A DNA stretch of 64,000 bases from Peptococcaceae bacterium 1109 (GCA_001028815.1 LDJB01000004.1:13733-77732); one strand, 5' to 3'; positions 29,855 through 39,261 are shown, counted from the first letter of the stretch. The notes: generated from the sequence alone by a model not told the origin. Program-made: numbers and translations.

Positions 29855-30532
29855 TTACATGTAGTCAATCTCATCCCAGTCTATAAAGATCTCACTAGAG
29901 TGCCGTGACAACGTTGAGCCTTCCTCAAGATCCCGGAAGGTGATTATCCCTTCTTTGTAGTTCCTAACGCGGCCGAGCCTTGTAACACGGTCACCCTTCT
30001 CGGTTGTATAGGTAATTTTCACCTGCCGGCCGCTTTTGAGCAGATAAAGAATGTTCGTCCGGTAGATATCCTCTTCGGGGCGGTTTTGAGCAGGCTCTTT
30101 GGGAATTTCCACATCCAGGACGTGCTGTAACCTCCCCTTGGCATAGTCGGTAAGCTGGCGGTATACATAGTTTAAGAGGTGTCTGTATGTTTCCCTCACC
30201 TGTTGATCTGGGTCCCTGCAGCCCCATTGTAGGGCTTTGAGCAGTGCAGTAAGCTCTGTTAGGTTAAGCGCTAGAAACAGGGGATGGACGGTTGATTTGT
30301 AGTACTTCAATGAATGGCCGCGGGTTTCTTCAGTTATCTTGAGGGTGGTGCCTAAGAACTCAAAGCCATCCTGCAGAGCCCGAAGATCTCTCTGGATGGT
30401 TCGGGGATCTACCGTCTCTGCGTCCTCTGACCGGAAATAATCCCCGATATCAGCGGTTCGCATAGGATTGCCCTGCAAGAGCTTGAGAATCTCTAGCCTG
30501 CGGACGAGAGGCCCGCCCCGGATCCTGGACAT
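29855..30532 (-). CDS. HTH transcriptional regulator, possibly YafY/WYL-type
   Basis: The preferred start is MSRIRGGPLVRRLEILKLLQGNPMRTADI at 30532, which has a GGGGAAG RBS. It has an N-terminal HTH_11-like region and ~200 aa of ligand-binding-like sequence. The longer ORF extending to 30583 is less likely. Confidence 0.5.
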   Translation of the reverse strand: MSRIRGGPLVRRLEILKLLQGNPMRTADIGDYFRSEDAETVDPRTIQRDLRALQDGFEFLGTTLKITEETRGHSLKYYKSTVHPLFLALNLTELTALLKALQWGCRDPDQQVRETYRHLLNYVYRQLTDYAKGRLQHVLDVEIPKEPAQNRPEEDIYRTNILYLLKSGRQVKITYTTEKGDRVTRLGRVRNYKEGIITFRDLEEGSTLSRHSSEIFIDWDEIDYM

Positions 30533-30782
30533 ATCTCTTCCCCTTTTCAGAAAGAATCGCGAACTTTCGTAATAAAAGATCATTCATAACACGAACTCAG
30601 TACCAGTTGACAGAATCCTCCAACTATATTACGATTACATTAGGCCTTATTATCGAAGCCTTGTCTCGGTGCAGAGTAACCCCTCTTAAACCAAGGCAAG
30701 GCTTTTATATTTCATTCCCAGCTCTACCCACCCTTTCTCAAGCCAATCTGTCTTGAACGCTCCGCATAAAGGAGGTCGCACG

Positions 30783-31865
30783 ATGAACGTCATTGTGATT
30801 GGTGCTGGAAACTCCGGCCTTGCCACAGCCGGACACTTGACAAAAGAGGGAGACACTGTGGTTCTTTGGAATCGGTCCCGTGAGACCATTGACGAGCTCA
30901 TGGATGACCGGAAGATTACCCTGCACGGTGCCATCGAAGGAGAGTATGAGATCGCTCTCATCACCGATGACTTGAAACAAGCCTTAAGTTTCTTCGAGCC
31001 GCAGGTGATCCTTGTCACAACGCCAGCTAACTCTCATCGGGAAGTGGCAGAACTTTTGGCCAAACACATGCAAGTATCTCAGATCCTCATCGTCCTCAAT
31101 CCAGGGCGAACCTTTGGTGCTCTAGACTTCTACAACGTGTTCCGCATGCGCAACCGCTCTACTTCCCTTAAGGTAGCTGAAACGCAAACTATTGTCTACA
31201 CCTGCCGCAAGACCGAGCCAGATGCGGTGCATGTCATTTCCCTAAAAGAGAGGATCCCTATCTCTACCCTAAATCCGAGGGAAAATGAGGAGATCATCAA
31301 GATGCTCCCTAAATGCCTCCAGCCGTACTTTGTCCCGGCAAGGTCCATGATCCAGACGTCCCTTGGGAATGTGGGGATGGTTCTTCACTGTGCACCCTTG
31401 CTGCTAAACACAGGCTGGACTGAGAGCACAGACGGTAGCTACAAGTACTATTACGAGGGGATAACGCCCTCTATCGGCAGACTCATAGAAAGAATAGATG
31501 CGGAGAGAGTTGAGGTATCCAGGCAGCTAGGCTATGAGGTGGAAACTGTCCTGGACTGGCTGAGAAGGACGTACCGGGTAGAAGGCAGCAGCGTTTTCCA
31601 GTGCATTCAGGCTATCGAAGCCTATAAAACCATCGATGCACCCTCTTCCCTTAGGCACCGCTATATCCTCGAAGATGTCCCCTTTGGGCTGGTGCCCCTG
31701 GAGGCAGTGGGAAAGGCACTGCGGCTAGATATGCAGTACACTACACTGGTCATCGATCTCGCCAACGCTCTCCTTGAGGAAGACTTCCGGGAATCGGGCC
31801 GTAACTTGGGGAGCCTCTTACGCCCAGAGGGACTGGAGTCTTTCACATCGATGATGATGCAATAA
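30783..31865 (+). CDS. NAD(P)-dependent opine (octopine/nopaline) dehydrogenase family protein
   Basis: Start MNVIVIGAGNSGLATAGHL (Rossmann GxGxxG) with a perfect AAGGAGG RBS. It is ~360 aa, the size and layout of opine dehydrogenase and CntM-like proteins. The upstream in-frame ATG at 30753 lacks an RBS. Confidence 0.7.
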   Translation: MNVIVIGAGNSGLATAGHLTKEGDTVVLWNRSRETIDELMDDRKITLHGAIEGEYEIALITDDLKQALSFFEPQVILVTTPANSHREVAELLAKHMQVSQILIVLNPGRTFGALDFYNVFRMRNRSTSLKVAETQTIVYTCRKTEPDAVHVISLKERIPISTLNPRENEEIIKMLPKCLQPYFVPARSMIQTSLGNVGMVLHCAPLLLNTGWTESTDGSYKYYYEGITPSIGRLIERIDAERVEVSRQLGYEVETVLDWLRRTYRVEGSSVFQCIQAIEAYKTIDAPSSLRHRYILEDVPFGLVPLEAVGKALRLDMQYTTLVIDLANALLEEDFRESGRNLGSLLRPEGLESFTSMMMQ

Positions 31866-31880
31866 GCGGGAGGTCAACGA

Positions 31881-33779
31881 ATGAGCAGCATTCGCTACGC
31901 TTTTTTGAAGCCTACTTTGGACGCACACACCTTGGGAATCAATGCCGCAGTTGACTTGGTGCGGGATTGCGGGTATGAGGTGATCGTGGGAGATCAAGCA
32001 GTTAGTGAATACCTGAATGAGATTCAGCATGAAAAGCATCAGGAGTATATTATAGAGTGGCTGAGGGCACAAAGGATTAACAGAGTTGGGCTAACCTACA
32101 GACTTGACCCTGAGGCAGCGGTGGACATGGTTGGGTATTTCATCCGCGCCTTGCGGTCGGCGGAGCTTTTGAGCCACCAAGGGGGGCCCATTGATGGAGT
32201 TTTCTTTGCGGGCCTTCCCAGCGCATGTGAGAGGATTGAAAAGGAACACAAAGGCTTGGTGGTTACCTTCGGGGGTGGTGAATCTCCTAGTGAGACCCTG
32301 GTGAAGCTGAATGTACCGTCCGAGCGCATTCCCAGGGACGTGCTAGCTGGATCGGGCTACGATGATTTCCGCCTGCAGTTCGGGAGCGATGTGATCAACA
32401 GCCAAGAGTACTTGGGGCTTCAGCCAGTGGATCGCTCAGGGTACCCTGAGTTTGGCACGAGGCGAGACACGGTGGAAAGGCGGCTGCAGCATGCCCTCAA
32501 ACACGAGCCGTTCTACCCCTTGATGCGAGCCCACTGCGGCCCATACGATGCCAAGGGCACCAGGGAGGAGTCCGTGAAGGAATTTATCGCCTGGGCGAGG
32601 CAGCTTGGGAAAAACGGGTATCTGGACATCCTCTCCATCGGAACCTCACAGCTTACTCAGTCCAACTTCGGCGAGAATTGGGGTGACCGCCCCAACGGCG
32701 GCGGCGTGCCCATCAACAGCCCTGAGGAGTACCGGGAAGTGTGGGAAAACTCCCGCCCCCTGCTCCTGCGGACTTATGCAGGCACAAAGCGCATCCCAGA
32801 ACTGGCAGCCATCCACGAGGAAACTATCAACATCTGCTGGCACGCCTTGTCCCTCTGGTGGTTCAACCAACTCGATGGGCGTGGGCCATACGATCTCTAT
32901 ACAAATCTCCAGCAGCACGTGGAGGCCCTGCGATACATTGCCCAGACAGGCAAGCCTTTTGAGGCAAATGTGTCGCACCACTTCGCCTTCCGGGGTGCGG
33001 ATGATGTGACATATATCGTTTCCGCTTACTTGGCTGCGAAGCTTGCCAAGTCATTGGGCATCCGAACTTATATCCTGCAAAACATGCTGAACACCCCGCG
33101 GATGACCTGGGGTGTGCAGGACCTAGCCAAATCCAGGGCTATGCTTACACTCCTTCGAGAGCTGGAGGGCCCCACCTTCCGCGTGATCCTCCAACCTCGA
33201 GCAGGGCTAGATTACTTCCGCCCCGATCTTTACGAGGCGAAAGTACAGCTCGCGGCTGTAACGGCCCTCATGGATGATATTGAGCCTCTAGATGAAACAA
33301 GCCCACCCATTATTCATGTGGTGAGCTACTCGGAAGCGGTGCATTTGGCCACACCTGATATCATCGACGACAGCGTTAAGATAACCCTGTTTGCCCTCAA
33401 AAAGTACAGGGAGCTTCGGAAAGGCGGCGCTATAGAAGATATGAGTGCAAACGGGGATGTGGCTGCTCGCCAGGCTGCGCTTCTCCGTTCGGCACGAATC
33501 GTGATCGCCAGCCTCGAACGGCACATCCCTCAGTTGTACACACCCGAAGGGCTGTACCTGGCCTTTGCTGCGGGCTTCTTACCCACACCATTCCTGTGGA
33601 ATGACTCTGGGGAGTACCAGTTCGCAAAACGTTGGAACACCAAATCTTACAGGGGTGGCACCGTTTTGGTCGATGAACAAGGCAAACCCATCAGCCCTGA
33701 AGAGGTGGTGAACTACGCCGTGAGCAACCTGCCCGAAGGCCACTACCTCCTCAAGGAGAAAGCTCCACAGCGTGGTTGA
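31881..33779 (+). CDS. 632-aa protein with an N-terminal cobalamin-binding-like (DxHxxG Rossmann) domain and a large uncharacterised C-terminal domain
   Basis: LKPTLDAHTLGINAAVDLVRDCGYEVI fits the B12-binding DxHxxG(x)n G(F/Y)EV pattern. There is no CxxxCxxC radical-SAM motif. Its start lies 16 bp after the opine-DH gene stop with a GGGAGG RBS (gcgggaggtcaacgaATG). Confidence 0.6.
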   Translation: MSSIRYAFLKPTLDAHTLGINAAVDLVRDCGYEVIVGDQAVSEYLNEIQHEKHQEYIIEWLRAQRINRVGLTYRLDPEAAVDMVGYFIRALRSAELLSHQGGPIDGVFFAGLPSACERIEKEHKGLVVTFGGGESPSETLVKLNVPSERIPRDVLAGSGYDDFRLQFGSDVINSQEYLGLQPVDRSGYPEFGTRRDTVERRLQHALKHEPFYPLMRAHCGPYDAKGTREESVKEFIAWARQLGKNGYLDILSIGTSQLTQSNFGENWGDRPNGGGVPINSPEEYREVWENSRPLLLRTYAGTKRIPELAAIHEETINICWHALSLWWFNQLDGRGPYDLYTNLQQHVEALRYIAQTGKPFEANVSHHFAFRGADDVTYIVSAYLAAKLAKSLGIRTYILQNMLNTPRMTWGVQDLAKSRAMLTLLRELEGPTFRVILQPRAGLDYFRPDLYEAKVQLAAVTALMDDIEPLDETSPPIIHVVSYSEAVHLATPDIIDDSVKITLFALKKYRELRKGGAIEDMSANGDVAARQAALLRSARIVIASLERHIPQLYTPEGLYLAFAAGFLPTPFLWNDSGEYQFAKRWNTKSYRGGTVLVDEQGKPISPEEVVNYAVSNLPEGHYLLKEKAPQRG

Positions 33780-33787
33780 AAGACTAA

Positions 33788-33816
33788 GAGCTAGGCATAG
33801 GCCTAGCTCATTTTTT
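33788..33816 (+). terminator. Rho-independent terminator after the B12-like gene
   Basis: gagctaggc-atag-gcctagctc gives a perfect 9-bp stem, followed by a-tttttt. Confidence 0.65.
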
Positions 33817-34233
33817 ACTCAAAGACAACTTGGGCTTCTGCGGTAACGTCCTTACCGCCTGTAATCGTAACTTTCAGGGTGTAGGTCTTACCCTTATACT
33901 GTGCGATGTAATCTTCCTCTGACAGTTCGCTAGGGTTAAAGGGAAGGTTCAGCGGTTGGATCTCGGTGCGGCCAACACCAGGAACTACGACCGCACTGGT
34001 ACCGAGGTTAATTTCGGTCCGATTAGCGGAGGCTCCATCTTCATCAAGAAGTTCCAGGATCAGCCTGTTCAGCTGCAGTACACCGAATCCTTGGGTACGG
34101 AGCTTGAACGTGATATCTGCGCTTCTTTGCCGTACTCATACGTGATCGGATTGGGAGTGATAGTCATAACCAATGATGCTTGAAAACAGCCAGTGGCGTT
34201 ACGGCGAGGAGAAGAATAACTGCGATTTTCATT
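33815..34233 (-). pseudogene. Decayed small secreted or membrane-anchored protein gene (three frame-fragments)
   Basis: Reading the minus strand, fragment one is MKIAVILLLAVTPLAVFKHHWL followed by a stop. Shifted by one frame, fragment two is MTITPNPITYEYGKEAQ... followed by a stop. Shifted again, fragment three is a ~100-codon protein-like run ...DITFKLRTQGFGVLQLNRL...KTYTLKVTITGGKDVTAEAQVVFE that ends at TAA but has no start codon. Confidence 0.3.
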
Positions 34234-34287
34234 AATCGTGAAAAACTAATCCCCCGTTTCCAGTTTGCGAATCTAAGTGGCTTCCGC

Positions 34288-36339
34288 TTAACCTTCTACC
34301 TGTTCCAGCCCGATTCCTCCTGATGAAGCATCAAGGGAACCGAGTTCTAAGACGTACTCCCAAGGCCGCTTAAGCCGCCGGGTGGACTTGACAAGGCGGG
34401 ACAACTGGCCTGGATGTGACCGGTAATAGTAGAGCTGTTCTTTCAGATTATCCACATAGAACCCTTGATTCAGAGCCCGGGTGATCCATTCGTAGTCTTC
34501 TGCTCCTTTCAGGAAGCTGGTGAGGCCTCCTATGCGTTCAAAGAGAGCACGCTTAAAGAGCAGTGTACCGAAACAGATCACGTGTCCGCCATTCTGGTAG
34601 CTGGTGGCGATCCGCTCAAAACCGTAGCGCACCATGTAGCTTCGTCGCTTTTTGGTAATGTCCCCGGCAAAGACGGCGAAGTTGGTCCCTACGAAACTGT
34701 AGTCAGGGTTAGCAAGGAGGAATGCAACCTGTTTTTCCAGCCTCTGGGGATGGCTTATATCATCTGAGTCTTGATTAGCAATAAGCTTCCCTGTGCTGAG
34801 GCGATAGGCGATGCTTTGGGCCGAGGCATATCCCGTGTTGTGGGGCAATGCCAAATAGACAAAGGAGAGCCCGTCCTTATCTTCCAGCGCAGCCCACCAG
34901 TTCTGGGAAACCTCTCCGGTATTATCTGTGGAACCATCATTGACAACCACGATCTCCAGGGGACGGTATGTCTGGGCGGCTAGGGACTGCAGGCACTCCT
35001 CTAGGTATTGGCCTCGGTTATACGCAGGGATTGCCACGCTGACCAAGGGCCGTTCGTCAAAAAGGGAGAGGCTTGGCACATTCTGCTTGCCTCCCCGCCG
35101 CTTCTGTCCTGCTGGCTTCTCGTCGCTTGTGGCTAGTTCAGGCAGCAAGGACGAGCTCAACTCCTTGCCCGCTAGGGTGTCTTCATAGAACTGCAGGGTC
35201 TGCTTGGCGATGTCTTTGATATCGAAGTTGGCCAATACCCATTCCCGCAGTTTGGCTGCGTTTTGCTCCGCTTCCGCGATGTTTTCTAAGACGCGACGCA
35301 GATCGTTTGTTAACCGTTCCACGGTGAGGGGGTAGGCCCAGTGGTGGTCTCCGAAATACACTGACCAGGCCTTTTCGAGGTTGCTCGGTTCGAGATAGCC
35401 AACATAGGAGGCGTTGCCGCCTGCAATCAACGGCCTTTGGCAACTCAGGGCTTCCAGAGCAACCCGGGCTGTGCCGATAACCACATCCGCTGCTTGGAAG
35501 CAGTGAAGGGGGTCAATCCTTTGACCGATTACCCTTACCACGTCTTTGCTTGCAGCGGCGTTGGCGAGCCGAGCAGCTGCATGGACTAACGGTTGGTGAG
35601 CTCCTCCCCCCACAATCGCGAGGTGAAGGGGAAACTCCCCTTGGAGATTGACAACCGCTTGGATGGCCGCTTCCACAACACGGGTCTTTTCCCAGGCAAG
35701 GCGGCTCACGATGACGGCCAGTCTCTCCTCTTCTGGGATCTGAAGCTCGGCCCGGAAGGGGTTGAGCTTTTCTCCAGGTGTGAAGTACTCCGTATCGACC
35801 CCATTGGGTATTAGTGCAATCTGATGAATGGGATAGTCAATGGCTTTGGAGAGCCAATTGACAACAGGGCTGCTTACGGCAATCACTTTAGGACAGCGAT
35901 CTAGAAGCCCTCTAAGCCTGCGGGGTGGATAAAACTTGCCGTGGATGGTTGCCACCGTGGGTACTAGGGTTTCATCGCTCACTTGGACTGCTACCTTCAG
36001 GGCAGCAATGGAATGGGCATGGATCAGGTTCACACTATGGGTTACAACCAGCTCTTTGGCCTTCTCCAGGAGAAGCTTGTACTCGGAATAGACTGGGTTA
36101 TCGCTCTTGAAGGGCAGGTGTGCGATTTCAAGTTGGCTCTCTGAATATCCATCGAGAAGGACGCCCCCGGCAGTGCCGATAACGACGTTAACGCCCTCCT
36201 TTTTTAGTTGCTTAGCTAATGACAGGACGTGGGTTTCTGTCCCGCCCACATCTAGTTGATTGACCAGCATCAAAACGGTCAGGGCCACATTTACCACCTC
36301 GGTCAAGTTATGCCCTAGTATATGAGGTGGAAAAGCCAT
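34288..36339 (-). CDS. Bifunctional glycosyltransferase: N-terminal GT4 (group 1) plus C-terminal GT2 (family 2)
   Basis: N-terminal ...LVNQLDVGGTETHVLSLAKQL... (GT4 N-domain) and E(x7)E-type C-lobe. C-terminal VSVAIPAYNRGQYLEECLQSLAAQTY...VVVNDGSTDNT (GT2 DxD region). The start is uncertain between 36339 and 36270. Confidence 0.85.
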   Translation of the reverse strand: MAFPPHILGHNLTEVVNVALTVLMLVNQLDVGGTETHVLSLAKQLKKEGVNVVIGTAGGVLLDGYSESQLEIAHLPFKSDNPVYSEYKLLLEKAKELVVTHSVNLIHAHSIAALKVAVQVSDETLVPTVATIHGKFYPPRRLRGLLDRCPKVIAVSSPVVNWLSKAIDYPIHQIALIPNGVDTEYFTPGEKLNPFRAELQIPEEERLAVIVSRLAWEKTRVVEAAIQAVVNLQGEFPLHLAIVGGGAHQPLVHAAARLANAAASKDVVRVIGQRIDPLHCFQAADVVIGTARVALEALSCQRPLIAGGNASYVGYLEPSNLEKAWSVYFGDHHWAYPLTVERLTNDLRRVLENIAEAEQNAAKLREWVLANFDIKDIAKQTLQFYEDTLAGKELSSSLLPELATSDEKPAGQKRRGGKQNVPSLSLFDERPLVSVAIPAYNRGQYLEECLQSLAAQTYRPLEIVVVNDGSTDNTGEVSQNWWAALEDKDGLSFVYLALPHNTGYASAQSIAYRLSTGKLIANQDSDDISHPQRLEKQVAFLLANPDYSFVGTNFAVFAGDITKKRRSYMVRYGFERIATSYQNGGHVICFGTLLFKRALFERIGGLTSFLKGAEDYEWITRALNQGFYVDNLKEQLYYYRSHPGQLSRLVKSTRRLKRPWEYVLELGSLDASSGGIGLEQVEG

Positions 36340-36377
36340 GTGGCATGGCTATTTTTCAAGCTAGTACTGGCGAAGGC

Positions 36378-36710
36378 CTAGTCCTCTACCCATTCCAACC
36401 AGATGCCGTCGTCAAATCCTCCCCGTTCACTTCTCTTCCTGTCCTTGAGTTGCAGGACTTCCTCGAAGGAAGAACCAAGGTGAGCGGCCAAACCATCGAT
36501 TACTTCCAGTATATCCGCGAGCTCTTCTACGTCCCGCTCAGAATCAAGAAACTCTCTCCACTCCTCCAGGAGCTTTGCCTCAAGCCCTGCGATGAGCTGC
36601 TCTCCGCTCACCTGAGAAAAACGGCACTTCTTTCCGTTGGCATTGATGATCTCCGGGATGCGGTCCCGCACTAACTTGTCATATACAGCTATGATAATCC
36701 ACCCTCTCAT
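36378..36710 (-). CDS. HisE/MazG-like all-alpha nucleoside-triphosphate pyrophosphohydrolase
   Basis: 110 aa. YDKLVRDRIPEII...EE..E..DILEVIDGLA matches the PRA-PH/MazG-like NTP-PPase signature. Its start codon overlaps the upstream helicase stop (ATGA). Confidence 0.7.
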   Translation of the reverse strand: MRGWIIIAVYDKLVRDRIPEIINANGKKCRFSQVSGEQLIAGLEAKLLEEWREFLDSERDVEELADILEVIDGLAAHLGSSFEEVLQLKDRKRSERGGFDDGIWLEWVED

Positions 36711-39091
36711 CCTCTTCGTTTGTATAGGCTGGCAACTTTCACCCGTTCGCGATACCTCAGGATATCCTCAATGTGTTGAATAAGCGCAGGCGACTGTCTT
36801 ACCACAACTGTAGGCGCCAGCCGCAGCTGCCTGTTGATCTCATCGTACTGAAAAAACGATGAGCTTCTGTTCAGGAAATGAATGGGGTTGTTCTCAGCCA
36901 AGCGTGTCCATTTCTCCAGCGGCCACTCTGCATAGCCCTTGCTAGATTTATCCTGCATGTCCACTTTGAAACGGGGATCTTGGTAATAACTCTGCATGGC
37001 CTTCCCTATCTCGGTGCTGGACACTGCAGGCCGCAGCCTGCCTTCATGAATAAAGGCCTTGATGGTTGGTATCTTGTAAAGCTTGGTCATGGACGTCTTC
37101 TCAAGGTCAATGAGAAACTCCTCAATATCCGTATCTAGCCAGCTCTCCTCTTCCGTGCTAAGCTCGCCAATATCCGCTAAGAACCGCAGATACCCCTTGA
37201 ACGGACGCAGGTAACTTGGCCTTAGGAACACTCGAGAGGCAATGTCACTCCCGGCATGAATGTCAAGGCGGAGGGGCCTGCGGCCTAAGTCGGCTTTGAT
37301 GCGGAAGTACTCAGCTTTCATCCGTTCAGGCAGCGGATCGTACTTGCGCATCTCCTCAAAGACGTCTAGCAAGCGCATATCAAAGTGCACCATACAGCCC
37401 TCCGCGACAGACTCAGATAGATCGCGGATGCTGTAATAATGATCCCGCTCGTCTTGAGGATTGCGTCCGGTAAGAATCAAGGGTATCCAATGGGCTCTCT
37501 TATAGTTGCCGATGAAGTCTAGGACTGTTACATGTCTTTTGCCTCCACACTTCCTCAAACCCCGCCCCAGCTGCTGCACAAACACTGTATAAGACTCTGT
37601 TGGGCGAAGGAACATGATAAGGTCAACTTCGGGAATATCCACTCCTTCATTAAACTGATCCACCGAGAAGATCACTTCCACTTCCCCAGTGCGCAGGGCC
37701 TTAACGGCTTGTTCTCGGTCCATAACATGCGGGCCTTCTCCGCTGTGTACCGCTACCGCCCTCACCCCATGCTGTCTAAACACGTCCGTCATGAAGTTGG
37801 CATGCCTGATGCCGCTGCAGAACCCCAAGGCCCGCTCTGTTTTGTACTCCTGATAGCACTTCAGAATGAGATCAGCACGGGGTGCGGCAGACAGGGCTCT
37901 TTCTAGCTGTTCACTGACATAGCGGCCGTTAGAAATGTCGATTGTGGAGTAATCGGTCGTATCATCGTAGATCCCGTAGTAGTGAAAGGGCACCAGATAG
38001 TCCTTATTGATTGCCTCCTGAAGGTTGATTTCGTAGACTATATTGTCCTCACAGAACTGATAAATATCCTGATTGTCCATCCGGTACGGCGTGGCGGTTA
38101 ACCCCAGCAAGAAGCGGGGCCTGAAGTAGTCAACTATCCTGCGATAGCTCTGAGCGGCCACGTGGTGAAACTCATCGATGACAATGTAATCAAAGCAATC
38201 AGGCGCAAAATACGATGGCCGCAGGTACCTCTCCTGACCCAACGTTTGCACCGAGGCAAAGACTATATCGGAATCCGTGGCCTTTTCCACGGCATTGAAG
38301 AAGCCCTTAGTCCTTAGTGGCACTACCTTTTCGTAAGTCTCATAGGCTTGACGCAAGATTTCCTCTCGGTGGGCCACAAAAAGGACACGCCGAAACTCTT
38401 GGCTGTCAAATGCCGCCAAGTAGGTTTTGCCTACTCCGGTAGCCATCACAACCATGCCCCGCCGAAAACCCTCTTCCCGAGACCGTTCCAAATAATGGAG
38501 CGCCTCGATCTGCGCCCCCCGTGGAAACACCTCGGCGGCAGGCTCCTGGGGAGTGCTGGAGATTCCCAGCCAGCGAGGCCGCCTCCAAGATAGGCTGTAT
38601 TCTTTGAGCCAGTCGTCATCCACCGGGCGTGCCTGGGTGAACAAAGCATCGAATTGAGTAATGAACTCGTGGTAATCCTCTTGCCTGTACCGCGAAAGGA
38701 GGCGGTAGTTCCATTCTATGCCATCTACCAAACCACTGCGGGACAAGTTTGATGATCCCACGTAGACCTCTCCTGTGGTACCGCCAATGAAAATGTAGGT
38801 CTTGGGATGAAAAGCTATATCCCCAGACTCATATATACGGATATCTGCCTTGTTTTCCAGCTGATCTTTGAGAAGATACAGAGCAGAGGGTTCTGTAACA
38901 TTAAGATAGCGGCCTGTGAGAATCTGCACGGACACCCCGCGCTCCACCGCGCCCTTTAGGTCAGGTAGAAGCAGGCGAACCCCAGATTCGACCACAAAGG
39001 AAACCACCAGTTTGATCTGTTCCGCCCGCCTAATTGACGATTGCAGACTCCTGAGCAAGGAAACCCGATCGTTGGTAATCACGTTACACAC
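36707..39091 (-). CDS. PLD-family (single HKD) nuclease, SF2 DExH helicase and DUF3427 fusion protein
   Basis: 794 aa. HKD motif AFHPKTYIFIGG...VGSSNLSRSGL, Walker A VMATGVGKTYLAAF, motif II DEFHH, motif III GLTATPYR, motif VI QQLGRGLR. The C-terminal ~250 aa are DUF3427-like. Confidence 0.85.
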   Translation of the reverse strand: MCNVITNDRVSLLRSLQSSIRRAEQIKLVVSFVVESGVRLLLPDLKGAVERGVSVQILTGRYLNVTEPSALYLLKDQLENKADIRIYESGDIAFHPKTYIFIGGTTGEVYVGSSNLSRSGLVDGIEWNYRLLSRYRQEDYHEFITQFDALFTQARPVDDDWLKEYSLSWRRPRWLGISSTPQEPAAEVFPRGAQIEALHYLERSREEGFRRGMVVMATGVGKTYLAAFDSQEFRRVLFVAHREEILRQAYETYEKVVPLRTKGFFNAVEKATDSDIVFASVQTLGQERYLRPSYFAPDCFDYIVIDEFHHVAAQSYRRIVDYFRPRFLLGLTATPYRMDNQDIYQFCEDNIVYEINLQEAINKDYLVPFHYYGIYDDTTDYSTIDISNGRYVSEQLERALSAAPRADLILKCYQEYKTERALGFCSGIRHANFMTDVFRQHGVRAVAVHSGEGPHVMDREQAVKALRTGEVEVIFSVDQFNEGVDIPEVDLIMFLRPTESYTVFVQQLGRGLRKCGGKRHVTVLDFIGNYKRAHWIPLILTGRNPQDERDHYYSIRDLSESVAEGCMVHFDMRLLDVFEEMRKYDPLPERMKAEYFRIKADLGRRPLRLDIHAGSDIASRVFLRPSYLRPFKGYLRFLADIGELSTEEESWLDTDIEEFLIDLEKTSMTKLYKIPTIKAFIHEGRLRPAVSSTEIGKAMQSYYQDPRFKVDMQDKSSKGYAEWPLEKWTRLAENNPIHFLNRSSSFFQYDEINRQLRLAPTVVVRQSPALIQHIEDILRYRERVKVASLYKRRG

Positions 39092-39209
39092 AGCCAGTCA
39101 CTCCACACCCATCAGATTGCGCCACCTCGTGTTGGAACTGTTTTCTAGATGTTAAGGCTATTTTCCTTTTGCATCGCTCTGCAGGCGAGAGAGGCAACTG
39201 AGTTCCGCA

Positions 39210-39245
39210 CAAAAAACGACCGACAGCAGCTAAGCTGCTATCGGC
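39210..39245 (-). terminator. Rho-independent terminator after the FMN-binding protein gene
   Basis: On the minus strand, ccgatagcagc-tta-gctgctgtcgg forms an 11-bp stem with one mismatch, followed by UUUUUU. Confidence 0.5.
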
Positions 39246-39261
39246 CGTGTGTATTGATGCA

